DNA of 64,000 nucleotides from Macrostomum lignano. Taxonomy: Eukaryota. Positions 43,563 through 58,500 of the stretch are shown in pieces; within the stretch, counting starts at the first letter, position 1; each line of letters starts with the position of its first letter. Location: positions 62,001 through 126,000 of the forward strand of contig NIVC01000269.1 in NCBI GenBank assembly GCA_002269645.1, written 5' to 3'. A model generated the notes under the pieces. That model worked only from the letters and a program-made list of their open reading frames with translations, had not been told where the DNA came from and made no database searches. The translations under genes and the position numbers were made by a program.

Positions 43563-43829
43563 TTAATAATAATAACAATTGATTACACCCCAACTGGGTC
43601 AGATGTGAAACTGAAAGCATCTGAAGGCTGCGTACGACTGCTCAGTCTAAGGACGCGGAGAAGGGGGTCGCCACACACATAATCAATTACCCATTTTACA
43701 GTTTAGTGAACTGAAGCAATGCAGAATAAATTGTCTTGCTCAAGGACACAAATTGTTCCAGTGAGATTGGGAATCGAACCTCCGACCTTTCGCGCGAGTC
43801 CGACGCTCTAACCACTAGGCTACAGCCCC
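43563..43829 (-). mobile_element. tRNA-headed CORE-type SINE (MIR-like core)
   Basis: Minus strand reads GGGGCTGTAGCCTAGTGG (A box) ..GGTTCGATTCC (B box), then GTGTCCTTGAGCAAGAC..CTGTAAAATGGGTA (resembles the MIR CORE) and a (TTA)n tail. Flanked by the direct repeat CCTTGAAGGT at 43553-43562 and 43830-43839. Confidence 0.85.
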
Positions 43830-44087
43830 CCTTGAAGGTGTAAGACTGCTTTACGTTATCCAACCATGTTGCTATGAATGCAGATTTACACTTGGGATTC
43901 ATTTATCAATTACAACATCATAAGCAATCTTAACTGGTTTTTTTTCCATAAATCCCTAACTGAAATTCATTATTTGTGTAGAATTAGCCAAACTAACGAT
44001 CAGGTTCAGGTAAAGCATTCGGTTTGCTACATGCTAGCTTGAAAATCTATACAGAAACTGCACAGTCGTGCATATTATGTCACAAAT

Positions 44088-44852
44088 CTATCGACCAATT
44101 TTATCCACAATCCACTCCTTCTGGCACAGCGGGCACCGGTTGTTCTTCTTCACCCAAAGCGACATGCAACAATTGTGGAACGAATGACTGCAGTTGCCCC
44201 ACACAACAACGCACGAATCGGAGTTGTTCTCAGACTGGCACCTGGAGCAGGCATCCATTACCTGCGAATGAGGGGGGGGGGTTGATAAATTGATAAGCGT
44301 GATTTTAAAATACACGCACAAAAGCTAATGTGAGTTATAAATGGATTATTGAAATAAGAGCAGATAGTATTGTTAGTAGTAGTTCAAGTATGCTTAGACT
44401 ATTCTACCGTTAGTAGTATAATAGTATATAAAAGTTCTTTACATTATATCGTTAGAAGTGAAACTTTGTTCAGACTATTCTACTATTAGTAGTGTAAATT
44501 TTTGTTCCACTCTTCTACAAATAGTACATAGGTAGTGCAAGATTTCATTGCCTCTTCTACAGTTAGAAGTGTAGTTGTACACAATTAAATTGCAAAATTA
44601 GATTGCATTGCAGGGGTCAGTATGTAGATAGCTGTATTGACTATGAGTCAATAAAGACAATTTTTACCTTACCTGAATACGACAAATTGCGCAGGTGTCA
44701 CATTGCACATCCCAGCTCCACATAGCAACTAGATTCCATTTCTTCAATACAAATGGTTTAGCAGCTGAGCTAGAACTACCAGTAGTAGGGGCAACAGCAG
44801 ACTTATTAGCTGATCCAGACCCAGCTGATTGATTGACAGCATCTACATCCAT
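44088..44852 (-). CDS. RNF7: RING-box protein 2 (RNF7/SAG/ROC2); complement(join(44088..44261,44673..44852)), 117 aa
   Basis: [27 protein letters not shown]|[43 protein letters not shown] is the RBX2-type RING-H2. Phase-0 GT-AG intron. Confidence 0.95.
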
Positions 44853-45464
44853 GCTTTTTTGATTTATCTCAGTCTGCAAGAAAATCAGTGGTACAATATT
44901 TATAACAAAAATTTAATAAGTTTAGCACAAAAACTTACATTTATATATCTGAAGATTTGTTTACAATTTTTGGAATTGACTAGGATTAGACTTTTGTAAT
45001 AAAGATTCTACAAAATAAACATTTACTTTAGAATCATATATATCTGTGTATAGATCAATTACATTACAAAATAAATATAGTTTCAATCAAATACTAGTAG
45101 TTTAGAAAGAAAAACCAATACAAATGTGGCATATTTTGCAGTAAAGTGAAGTAAAAGGAATATATATAGTATATATTAATAATAAGTAGAATAGGACCTA
45201 CCAAGTTTAGAAATTAACAATAAACTAAGTAGCTCTCAGAATATACATATAAAATACTATTTGAAGCCATCCCGTGACCTTTTAATCTTGGGACTGCCAT
45301 AGTCAGGAAAGTGGCCTATACAATAGATTTCTTTGGTATACATTTGCTATGTTAAACTTGGCCTAGCATATACTCTGGTGTACAAAAAATATCTTATACT
45401 AAAGTTGTTTGTCAGTAGGTTAACTTCTCCTTGTTAACTCAGTGTTAAAACTTATATGGGAAAA

Positions 45465-47410
45465 CTGCAAATTTTCCTAGTCAGGTTTTAGGCTATTTTA
45501 ATCTTTCACTTTTATATTTTAAGATCCCTAAAAAGCAGAAAATGGCAATTCTATTTTATATTTTAATTTTAATTTCTATTTTAATCTTATTTGTCCCCTA
45601 TTTCTACTCATAGCTAAAAATTTTAATGAATTTTGAGCAATTGTGCCACAACTTTCTCTTATCTCGCCAGTGCATTTTCTCTCCAGTGGGGGGATGGGGG
45701 CATTCTTAGTGGCTGCGTGTGTAAAATCCGACCCTGGCTCACTGGCTGACTATATAGAAAATTGCGCAATGATATGGTAAATAGTGTTGAAATTTAATTG
45801 TTTTATTATCAGCACCTTTCAATTGACTGCCCTGTGTAATTTTTAGACAGGGAAATTCAACAAATAAACTTGCGAGCATCATTAGCATGCAGTGAATGTA
45901 CACTCAATATTTCAATGCTTTAAGTTGAAAAGTTTCGAATGCTAACTGTTGCTTGAGTTTTTAACTTTAAGAGGGGAGACTTATATTGCTGGAAATATCT
46001 TTCAATGCTGAGTTTGGAGATAAATGTTGTTTGCTTTAAATATGAAAAATAAAAGCATAGCATTGAAAAAAATGATTTTTATACTTTTAACTTTCTGCAG
46101 AGTATACTGATTTTGGAGTTCAATGGGGTCTAGTTTCACTGAGAGGATTTCTGTTTCCTAGAGAATATTTCAAGGTTGTTCAGTTTTATGGAGAGCATTT
46201 CTATTTCACGGAGAAGATTACAATGGAGTCTAGTAGTGTTCTGCCATAAGGAGGGTCCATGTACCATAGCCATAGCCATAAGCAAAACTATGGCTTATTC
46301 CAATTCTCCATATTCTGTAGCTGTAGGGACCCCAATATTACCATATTCCCTTAGTTCCTGTAGCCATACCCATAGTTTTAACAAAAAGTCTAGAAAACAA
46401 TAATATTTTGAATCAAGAAGATAACCTAGTGCTTAAACAACTGCAAATTAAGTTAGAAAATAAAAGAAACACTTAATTGCCTTTGTAAGATTATATTTCA
46501 TCTTTTTTCAGAGCAACAAAACTTAATCGTTACTTAAACTATTAATGCTAAACTTTTTCACATTCAATTTTTTAAAATTAATAACTATGGCTATGGGAAT
46601 CTATTGAATATGACAACAACTACCATATTTCTGTAATTGTAGCCATAAGAGCAGCTAGCTACTGTAGATGAATCCATAACTGCCATAGGCACCTATTTTA
46701 CCATATTTGCTATAGGATCCCATAGCCATAGCTATGGCTACAGCGAAACACTAGAGTCTAGTTTCACAGAAAGGATCTTGATGGATTTAAAGAAAAGTTA
46801 GATAATGGGATGATGGGATCCGGGTCATGGAATTCAGCTGATAGATTTCAGGGAATGGAATTATAGAGATTGGAGTTCTTCCCATTTCTCCTCGATTGGA
46901 AGAGTTGGCTTTGTCTCTTAATACTAAAAGTGGCACAATGTTTGTCTGTGTGTATGTTTGTTGGATGTCTTTTCCTAGACTAGGCTTATTGCCAAGTCAA
47001 TGTTGAAACTTATAGGAAAAATACCAAATTTTCCAGAATTGGCTTTCGGCTATTTTATTAGGCCTATTCTTACATTTTCAATTTTTAAGATCCCTAAAAA
47101 AGTAGAAAACTGCAATTCTAACCTTTGATAATCTTATTTGTCCCTTCTTTCTGCTTGGAGCTGAAAATTTACATCAATTTTGAGTGATTACACAATTATT
47201 TTCTCCTATCTTAACAGTGTATTCTCTTTCTAATGGGGGGATGGTCACATTCTCAATGGCTACATGTATATAGGCCCTAATTAGACTCTGGCTCATTGGC
47301 TGGCAATTGTATAGACAATTGCACAATGATATCTGTTCTACTTTTCAATAGGCTGCCTTATATGATATAGCTAGGCAATAAAATTCAAAGAATAAACTTG
47401 TGAGCAACTT
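45465..47410 (+). repeat. Two diverged copies of a ~400-bp dispersed repeat (about 45465-45880 and 47020-47410)
   Basis: Collinear shared blocks TTTTAAGATCCCTAAAAA, AATCTTATTTGTCCC, GGGGGGATGG, CTGGCTCA(C/T)TGGCTG, AATTGC(G/A)CAATGATAT, ATAAACTTG(C/T)GAGCA. Confidence 0.7.
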
Positions 47411-47489
47411 GAATGACAAGGGCTATAATGGCAATATTGTAAATTTTAATGAGTGTTATATAGCTTTCTATATATACGACATTATACGA

Positions 47490-48170
47490 GTATCGTGGTT
47501 GACGGTCATTTCGTCTACCGCCTTTTCGTCTGCCGCCTTTTCGTCTGCCAATATACGATATAGTCGTTTTGTCTGCCAATATATATAATATATAAATCGG
47601 AATAACTAATTATGTCATCAAGCTTCGCATGGAAGTGTAATGTAAATGTCTTATTAATTCTAATTTATTATAATGCTAGGATTTTTCTGCAAGTTCCGGA
47701 GCTAATATGTTGCATATATATAAATACACAAAGCCAGAAGCAAATATCTCCAAGTTCCAACCGTTTAGTTTCCTTCCAACTTTCTTTTTTTCGTGTATGT
47801 AAACTCATATGCAATTTATTCACGAATACAAGTAGCTTAAATGCACAAAGTGTAAAATGTAAGGAGCAATCGAAATTGTAGGCACAGAAATTGTAAACTC
47901 ATGCAATTTATTCACGAATACAAGTAGCTTAAATGCACAAAGTGTTAAAAAAAGGTAAGTTAGGTTTCGTAGAAAATGAAGAAAAACAAAGTATATCAAT
48001 ATAAATAAGAAAACATACTTAAAACTTGCTTATACTAATTTATTTTAATTCCCTACATAAAAATTACGAAATAAGCGAACCAAAATAAACATAAATAAGA
48101 AAGTCGTTTTGTCTGCCAAAATTCTTTGGCAGACGAAAAGGCGGCAGACGAAATGACCACGGACCAGTAT
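47490..48170. mobile_element. MITE-like element with ~31-bp subterminal inverted repeats
   Basis: GGTCATTTCGTCTACCGCCTTTTCGTCTGCC (from 47504) versus GGCAGACGAAAAGGCGGCAGACGAAATGACC (48128-48158), one mismatch. AT-rich interior with an internal ~50-bp direct duplication. TSD not identified. Confidence 0.65.
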
Positions 48171-50224
48171 CGTATATACTATACTTCAACATACTTTAGC
48201 TTTCTATATACTTTAGTATTCACCGAATTGGCTGTTGCCAAACTGACTTGTTGCTGAATCAGTTGTTGCTGAATTAGCTTGTCACCAAATTAACTGGAAG
48301 CCTTAAAAATAATTGGAAACAAAAAATAGAAAATATTAGAGATTTACAAAACAAAATTAAAACAAATAATATCATATCATTAGGTAGGTCTAGTTTTTAG
48401 CAAAAAACACTTGTAAGTTCAATAGTGAAAAAACCTACTACATAGCTATAAACTGGCAAAAAGCTACTACATACCTATTTCCTATGCACTTGCAAACATA
48501 ATATTAATATTATATTGATAACAAAAAAATAATTAATAGGCCCCTAATATTAATAATATGCTTTTGCTGTGTTGCATTGCATAGGTAGGCATATATATCA
48601 TATGTAGGTTTTTTCCACTATTGGCTTACAAGTAGGCCTAACAACTATAAAAAAATTATATAGGCCAATATAATATGCTTAGGGGCGTATACCTATCCTA
48701 TATATATATTCAGCATGCAGCATGATATGCAGCATGATATGCAGCACTAGGGGCCTAGTGACTAAAAAACAAATAAACAAAGTGGCGATGCAGGTGATTT
48801 AACACTAGAATATGCCAATTGGTTTAATTAATAAGTCATTATGATGGACCTTTACCTTTCCTTTTAGAAATTTTTGCAAAACGCGATCGTTTGAGAAAAT
48901 CGAATTTTTCCGCACTTAAATTTGCACAAGTTAACACTTTCTCGTGTATTTTTACTGTTAAATTTTACTTAAACCTAGCTAGCTAAAAATTACTTTTACG
49001 TGCTAAAAATAAAAACACCCACGTTTATTACTTAAATTATACTTTTTATATAAAAAATTCACTTTGATCAATGTTTTCTAAGAACCCGATTCCACTTAAA
49101 CATACGTTTTTACCCATTTTCTTCAACCGACCATGCTTTTGCATTGCCTAGAAAATTCGACGAAATTCATATGTGCTTGATTTTATTTTTTTTATTTAAA
49201 GCATGCGAGACCATCAACTATAATTCAATGTAAAATTTTAGGCTTTTATTTCGAATAAGGCAATATTATAACTTTTTTTACCTGCTAGGCCCTATAATGG
49301 CCGACTGTTCAAATTGGACCAACAGGCATTATTTAATTTTTTGCTGCCAGGCCTATGCAACTAAAATAGAATTATTTGTTTAAAAACTATACATGAAGTT
49401 GCTGATATACTCCTTTATAATGCAAAAATAGCAAAACTTTAACAGTTGGGGCAAATATGGATCATTTGACATTAGGCCTAGCTTTGTCTTTATAGTTACT
49501 AGGCCTGGGCCTAGTCTTACTCTTATGTTTAATAATAAAGCTGCTAGGCCTAGTGCTAGGCCTATACTTCTCTTCTAAAAAGTTTGTCTGTTTTTTTTAA
49601 TTGATGATACTACCAGGTCTTATGTAAAAAATGTTCATGACTATTAATTATCTATTTTTGTTAAAATGAATACAATTGTGATAAATATTTGTCATAGCCT
49701 AGGGGCCAATAGTTTTGCAAGATTGAGCCAGATGATTTTCTAAGAAACAAAGTTTCTTTTCAATTATCAATGATCTATTTTGAATTGGTATTGTTTGCCC
49801 TTAGCCTTGGTTAGTATGCATAAGAACCAAAGGTATTTTTAATAAAAAACTATATATCTCAATACTGCATATTGGCATTTTTATATCTAACTTTTCTCCT
49901 ATTTAGGCCTACCTAGGCTAGGCCCCTATATAATTAGAATTAATCTCAAAGCTATATATATTATATAGGCTTATACATATACAATTGCTAGCTAACCTGG
50001 CTGATCTAGCAAAAATTTATCAAAAGGGCCATAGATTAAAAGGGTGGCAATCAAAAGGCAATTAATCAAAAGGGCAACAGTCATAACAGTTAGGCTATAA
50101 GTCTACATCACATGTATTAGACTTAAATGCATTGTCAAAATGTATATTTGTTAAAATAAGTTTTGTTAAAAATATATAAGTAGTTAAAATCTTAAAATTG
50201 TATTGGCATTCTATATCTCTACAT

Positions 50225-50850
50225 ATAAAAATCAAAACTCTGTGTGTGGACAATTTTGATCGCTATGGACTCCCAAACCGCTCAACCAAATGACACCAAA
50301 CTTTATACCCACCCTAAACTTACTACGGAGAATGTCTTAGGCTACCTTTTAATTTCCTAAATTTGAGTCTTCCTACCTAAAAGTGCAAAAAACTGCTCAA
50401 AATGCGCAATTTTTTTCACTAAATCCTCCATAGCGCCGCTCCACTTCTACCGATTCTCTTCGAATTTGACACAGACAATTTTCAACTATTTTGGCACAAT
50501 CATGTAAAATTTCAAGTCTGAAAGTTAATCCTGAACGGCAGTGTACACTTTTAAAGTTTGGCTGTTTTTTTCAGCATAGCAACCACCCCAACCTCCGCCT
50601 GCCTGCCTCTCTTTCCCAATACCAATCTGGGCCCAGATGTGTAAAAGGGTTTCAAAATTGACTAACTTTCAGCTGCCATAAGTTTGCTCCACGTAAAGCG
50701 ATTGACTTCAAACTTGACACAATTCTTTATTGACTCATTCTCTATCTAAATGTAAAGTTTCAACTCTGTAACTCAACCAAAAAAGTTCTAAACTGTAAGC
50801 ATGTGAAGTTTGTCTGCTTTTTCTGTTGTTTGTGCCACTCACTCACTCAT
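50225..50850. mobile_element. Possible non-autonomous interspersed element fragment (Helentron/HINE-like style)
   Basis: Diverged internal subrepeats of the form CCGATT/GCGATT..AAACTT/AATTTGACACA..TGTAAA(A/G)TTTCAA. Family assignment is by general resemblance only. Confidence 0.3.
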
Positions 50851-51439
50851 TGCCCTAGAGCCAGACGAAGGGTCAGGCGATAGGACTGAATGTACATAGC
50901 AAATGTACAGTGTTTTGGAATTCCACCCCGAGAGTGGAGAGGCTACGTTTAGCCATAACAGTTTAGTGAGAAATTTTAACCACTGCCCTCCCCTCTGTAT
51001 TGGCAAACTCTGCAGCAGTTTAACACTGGATGGCAATTGGCAAATTGAGGGAATCCACTATCCAGCATGGTTTGTAAAAGCGAAATATTTATGAAAAGGC
51101 GATGCGATGCAATGCAATACAACCCTAGGCACACCATGGAAATTTTAGGTTTTCTTTTAAAGGTACTGTGTAAATATTAAAAGGCCTCCTAAGAAATGCG
51201 TATTTCCTTGGTTGTTAGACTGATGCAGACTGCAGTGGAGCTGAAGATACACAAATTCCTTTCAGGGCTGCAAATTGGCAAGAAAGATGACGTGATCAAA
51301 GCATGAGAACAACCATGAGAGTACTACGTCCCACAAACTGGCTTTCCAAGCAGGGATGGGCAGACTTTTACTTCAAAGGCCAGATAAAGAATCCAGCTCA
51401 TAGCTGAGGGCAGATGAAAGTGGAAAGAAGAAGGAATAG

Positions 51440-52560
<1,121 letters not shown>

Positions 52561-53667
52561 ATAGAAATTTTAAAGGATCCAAGGGAAGTAGGGAGAGTCA
52601 GGGAGAGACCAGAGTTTAGCAATATATGCTTTAGAGTCAGACAGACATTGCCTGACATTCTGCGCAGTACCCCAGCCAACAATGTCTCAAACCTTAATTT
52701 TACACGAATGTGCTCCATTTTATGTCTACCTCTATCCTACTAACTATTAACAAGTTTTTGTTTGTGTATGGCCTTAGATTTCAGAATACATGCAAAAGTA
52801 GTTCCGGGTATTGGAATTCCCCGGGTTCAAAATCCGCGGGTTTCAACAGCTTGTATGCATATATAGTTATGTAATATGTACCAAAGACTACTCAGATATC
52901 GAAAGATGGGAAACCCTGTTTCTTAAAAATTTTACAAAGCAGTTATTTTATAAAATATATAGGCCCTAATAGACATAGCGAGTTTTCATTTTCGGCATAG
53001 AAAGTTGTTATTGCTCTCCGCCTCTCAGTCTAGACTCAATGACTTAATGCTCATCTTTTGATATGTTCTGCCTTTCTTATAGGTCTATTGCATTGCATAG
53101 ACAAGGTATCAATCCTTCAGAGTGTCCTTCAGAGTACTTGCACTCTGAAGCAATGCACTTGCAGTTTATGCATGTATCTTTAGTATAAATTATACATTTA
53201 GTATAAGTAGATAGGCATGCTACCCAATTGCAAACTGACATTTTGATTTTTAGCAGCATCTAATGAAGCTTAGTATGTAGTATATGTATGATACTAACTG
53301 ACAACTCTTCTGTGATATTCACAACAATGTTTTGTAAGTCAGGCCTAGTTTATGGTTTATTTATCTAAATTATATTGGGATATTTTTCAATTCTAACCTG
53401 GAAATTTCTAGGATATACTTTGTGGTTGAGTTCAAGGCTAACATAATATAAAACAATAGTAAAAATAAGTTATGCATAGTGCTTACTTTGGATTATGGTA
53501 TATGACTGCATGCATATCTATACATTTGTGTGCCTGCTCAGAGGAGCAACTTTGCAGTATGACCAGTGTGTGACAGCTTATCTCTTTATGGTTGATTTGC
53601 TATTGGCTATTACCCTGTGGTCATTCAATGTGCTGATAACCTCCATTTCACGAGTCTCTGAATAACT

Positions 53668-54630
53668 ACTGCTAGTCCTTCAATGAGCAGTTATGCTCTA
53701 ATGACCTCTGTTCTATGAGTGACTTCTGTGCTCTAGTCCTTCAATGAGCAGTTATGTTCTAATGATCTCTGTTCCATGAGTGACTTCTATGCTTTAGTCC
53801 TTCAATGAGCAGTTATGTTCTAATGATCTCTGTTCTATGAGTGACTTCTGTGCTCTAGTCCTTCAATGAGCAGTTATGTTCTAATGACCTCTGTTCTATG
53901 AGTGACTTCTGTGCTCTAACCCTTCAATGTGCAGTTATGTTCTAATGACTTCTGTTCCATGAGTGACTTCTGTGCTCTAGTCCTTCAATGAGCAGTTATG
54001 TTCTAATGATCTCTGTTCTATGAGTGACTTCTGTGCTCTAGTCCTTCAATGAGCAGTTATGAGCTAATAACCTCTGTTCCATGAGTGACTTCTGTGCTCT
54101 AGTCCTTCAATGAGCAGTTATGTTCTAATGATCTCTGTTCTATGAGTGACTTCTGTGCTCTAGTCCTTCAATGAGCAGTTATGTTCTAATGATCTCTGTT
54201 CTATGAGTGACTTCTGTGCTCTAGTCCTTCAATGAGCAGTTATGTTCTAATGACCTCTGTTCTATGAGTGACTTCTGTGCTCTAGTCCTTCAATGAGCAG
54301 TTATGTTCTAATAACCTCTGTTCTATGAGTGACTTCTGTGCTCTAGTCCTTCAATGAGCAGTTATGTTCTAATGACCTCTGTTCTATGAGTGACTTCTGT
54401 GCTCTAGTCCTTCAATGAGCAGTTATGTTCTAATGACCTCTGTTCTATGAGTGACTTCTGTGCTCTAGTCCTTCAATGAGCAGTTATGTTCTAATGACCT
54501 CTGTTCTATGAGTGACTTCTGTGCTCTAGTCCTTCAATGAGCAGTTATGTTCTAATGACCTCTGTTCTATGAGTGACTTCTGTGCTCTAGTCCTTCAATG
54601 AGCAGTTATGTTCTAATGACCTCTGTTCTT
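53668..54630 (+). repeat. 61-bp minisatellite (~16 units)
   Basis: CTAGTCCTTCAATGAGCAGTTATG... recurs at 54221 and 54282. Confidence 0.96.
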
Positions 54631-55511
54631 TGAGTAACTTTGAGTTCTTTTCAGTAACTAAATGTCATTCTTAATTCTCAACTTCGGAGTGATTTCTGTC
54701 TTGTGAAAAGTCATTCAATTAGCAAATGATTTCGATAAATTATTCGCTATCTGACGCGGTGACTACTGTCGATTGATAATAGACTTGACTGTCTCAAGTA
54801 TTAATCTTTTTGAACCGTTTGAGCCAATTCTTATCATTAATTTGAGCGAAAAGCGTAGTTTTTTGTTCACTCGCATAGTTACTTTGGTACTATCTAGAGT
54901 TGTAAGGGGCATGTGATGACGCATACGCACTGCACAGGGCAATCAGCCAGTTATTGTACACATTTGAGTGCGTTTAGAGCAGCTAGGAGAGAAAATGAGC
55001 AGGGTTAGAAATTATTCAGTCTTGTTGTCATTGGCAACCCAGAACGCTTAATGCATTTTACTCTCTCTCTCTCCCTTTCTTGCCTCTCTCCCAGTGCCTC
55101 AGTCTCATGGAAGCCTCATCCAATGAGATTATGCCTTTCCTATACAGCCCTAGCAGATTTAACAATGGCAGCAGGGGTAGTTGACTATGTACACTCAAAT
55201 AATGCTCTGTGTACGCTACGCGCTGCTAGGGCGGGAAAGAGGTTCTGGGTAGTCATGGTTACCAATGTAACTGCAATCTCATGCAAGCACAGATATGAAT
55301 AGGCGCTGGACCGTGACTTTTGTATGTTACTTCTCTTACTATAGCTGTTTTCTCTTACAGTAAAAAGGTATTTTTATAGTACAGTTACTAATTACTATAC
55401 ACTAATCTTTAAACATTCCAGTTGAGCTACCGTTTCGGCTTAGAAATAAATACAAACAGATATTAATTACTAACTGAATTTTAGTTTTTTAAGTAGCAAA
55501 TATTATCTACG

Positions 55512-58500
55512 ATGGAAGTCGTGAAAGACAAGTTCTTGGAGCTGTTGCAGTTCTACGACTGGGCGTTGGCTCGAGCTGGTGAGCTTAAAGTTTTCATTGT
55601 TTGGTTAAGTCTGTAGGCATTCTGCACTTTGTAGTTGTAGGTTTATTTATAGTGTAACACGAAATTTGCATGGCCGTATAAGACCCAATTGTACTCGTAA
55701 AATGATGAAGTAGCGCCAAAGTTCAATAGTAAATAGGCTCCAAACTTTAGAAGTTAATTGGCGCTAAATATCGATAGTAGAATAATAGTGCCAAAATTCG
55801 ATAATAGAATGGCGCCAAAATTCAATAATAGAATGGCGCCAAAATTGGATAATAGAATGGCGCCAAAATTGGATAATAGAATGGCGCCAAAATTAGATAA
55901 TAGGATAGCGCCAAAATTCGATAATATAATGGCGCTAAAATTCGATAATAGAATGGCGCCAAAATTGGATAATAGAATGGCGCCAAAATTGGATAATAGA
56001 ATGGCGCCAAAATTAGATAATAGGATAGCGCCAAAATTCGATAATATAATGGCGCCAAAATTCGATAATAGAATGGCGCCAGAATTCGATAATAGAATGG
56101 CGCCAAAATTCCATTAACAGTAGAGAACATGCCAGGTAACTATTATTTCAACAATTTGTTTTGTTTCAACCAGACAAACGAGTGGAGAATTGGTTCCTGA
56201 TGGACAGCTACTGGCCTACCTGGGCACTGATGTTCGCTTACCTGCTGGCTGTGCACTTTGGTCAGAAATTTATGGCAAATCGGCCCGCCTTTAGTCTGCG
56301 CTGGCCTCTGCTGACTTACAATGTGGCATTAGTGGCTTTGAATTTTCACATCTTCTCTGAGGTGAGTGGCTTGATTTTTCATCTACTTTGGTTTATATTA
56401 GGCCAATCCAGGTTAATTAAATGGTGTCTAACACCCTACTCAGGTTAATTAGATGGTGTCTAACACCCTACTCAGGTTAATTAGATAGTGTCTAACACCC
56501 TACTCAGGTTAATTAGATGGTGTCTAACACCCTACTCAGGTTAATTAGATGGTGTCTAACACCCTACTCAGGTTAATTAGATGGTGTCTAACACCCTACT
56601 CAGGTTAATTAGATGGTGTCTAACACCCTACTCAGGTTAATTAGATGGTGTCTCACACCCTACTCAGGTTAATTAGATGGTGTCTAACACTCTACTCAGG
56701 TTAATTAGATGGTGTCTAACACCCTACTCAGGTTAATTAGATGGTGTCCAACACCCTATTAAGGCTAATTAATAGTTAATAAAAAAAACAATTAAACATT
56801 ATCAAATTCCCACACCGCAGCTCCTATACTGCTCATGGCAACGGAACTACAGTTATCTCTGTCAGCCAGTTGACTATTCTGACAATCCTTACGAGTTAAG
56901 AATCGCCAAAGCGCTCTGGTGGTACTATTTCTCAAAGTGCATCGAGTTTATGGACACTATATTCTTTGTCTTGCGCAAGAAGAATAATCAAATTAGTTTT
57001 CTGCACGTTTACCATCACGCCACTATGTTCCCAATTTGGTGGATTGGAGTGAAATGGGTACCAGGTGGTCAGTCGTTTTTTGGCGCTATGATGAACTCTT
57101 TTATCCACGTCATCATGTATAGCTACTATGGTTTGAGCTCGCTTGGAGAGAGCGTCCAGAAGTACCTGTGGTGGAAGCGGTATCTCACCCGACTGCAGCT
57201 GGTTAGTGCTTTTATGGCCTTGTTTGCGGCATTTTACTGCTGCTGGCACCTACTTCCACACTCTACTCTCACCCAATCTACTTCCACACTCTACTCTCAC
57301 CTAATCTACTTCCACACTCTACTCTCACCTAATCTACTTCCGCACTCTACTCTCCCCCAATCTACTTCCACACTACTCTCACCCAATCTACTTCCACACT
57401 CTACTCTCACCCAATCTACTTCCACACTCTACTCTCATCCAATCTACTTCCACACTCTACTCTCCCCCAATCTACTTTCACACTCTACTCTCACCTAATC
57501 TACTTCCACACTCTACTCTCCCCCAATCTACTTCCACACTCTACTCTCCCCCCAATCTACTTCCACACTCTACTCTCCCCCAATCTACTTCCACACTCTA
57601 CTCTCATCCAATCTACTTCCACACTCTACTCTCCCCTAATCTACTTCCACACTCTACTCTCACCCAATCTACTTCCACACTCTACTCTCACCCAATCTAC
57701 TTCCACACTCTACTCTCCCCTAATCTACTTCCACACTCTACTCTCCCCCAATCTACTTCCACACTCTACTCTCCCCCAATCTACTTCCACACTCTACTCT
57801 CCCCCAATCTACTTCCACACTCTACTCTCCCCCAATCTACTTCCACACTCTACTCTCCCAGCAGCACCGCTCTAAAATTGCGTTATTGTTTTTTCTTACA
57901 GATTCAATTCGTCACTGGAATCTCGCACGCAATCTACGGATTGGTGACTCGCTGCTCCTTCCCGTCCTGGATGATGTGGGCCCTGGTTGGCTACGGCACT
58001 TCCATCCTGACTCTGTTTCTTAATTTCTATTATCACGCCTACCGCAAGCCGGCGGCTAGGCGCCCTGTGCAGGAGGTGAGTGATTTTTTAGTATCGTTGA
58101 AGATTAGAGCACAGGGACGCTTTGGGATTAGGGAAGATTTGGGATTAGGGAAGATTTGGGATTAGGGAAGATTTGGGATTAGGGAAGATTTGGGATTAGG
58201 GAAGATTTGGGATTAGGGAAGATTTGGGATTAGGGAAGATTTGGGATTAGGGAAGATTTGGGATTAGGGAAGATTTGGGATTAGGGAAGATTTGGGATTT
58301 GGGAAGATTTGGGATTAAAGAAGATTTGGGATTAAAGAAGATTTGGGATTTGGGAAGATTTGGTATTTGGGAAGATTTGGAATTAGAGAAGATTTGGTAT
58401 TAAGGAAGATTTGAGATTAGGGAAGACTTGATATTAGGGAGAATTTAGGATTAGAGAAGGTTTCGGATTAGTGAAGATCTGGGATTAGGGAAGGTTTGGG

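Noticed and set aside
43755-43831. tRNA gene on the minus strand
   Set aside because: A/B boxes are present but there is no convincing acceptor stem or anticodon arm. It continues into a CORE domain, tail and TSD, so it is a SINE head.
50862-50893. Possible hammerhead ribozyme (Penelope-type) CAGACGAAG-GGTC..GACT-GAAT
   Set aside because: Both catalytic core segments deviate (CUGANGA, GAAA) and I could not find stems I and III; at most a dead relic.
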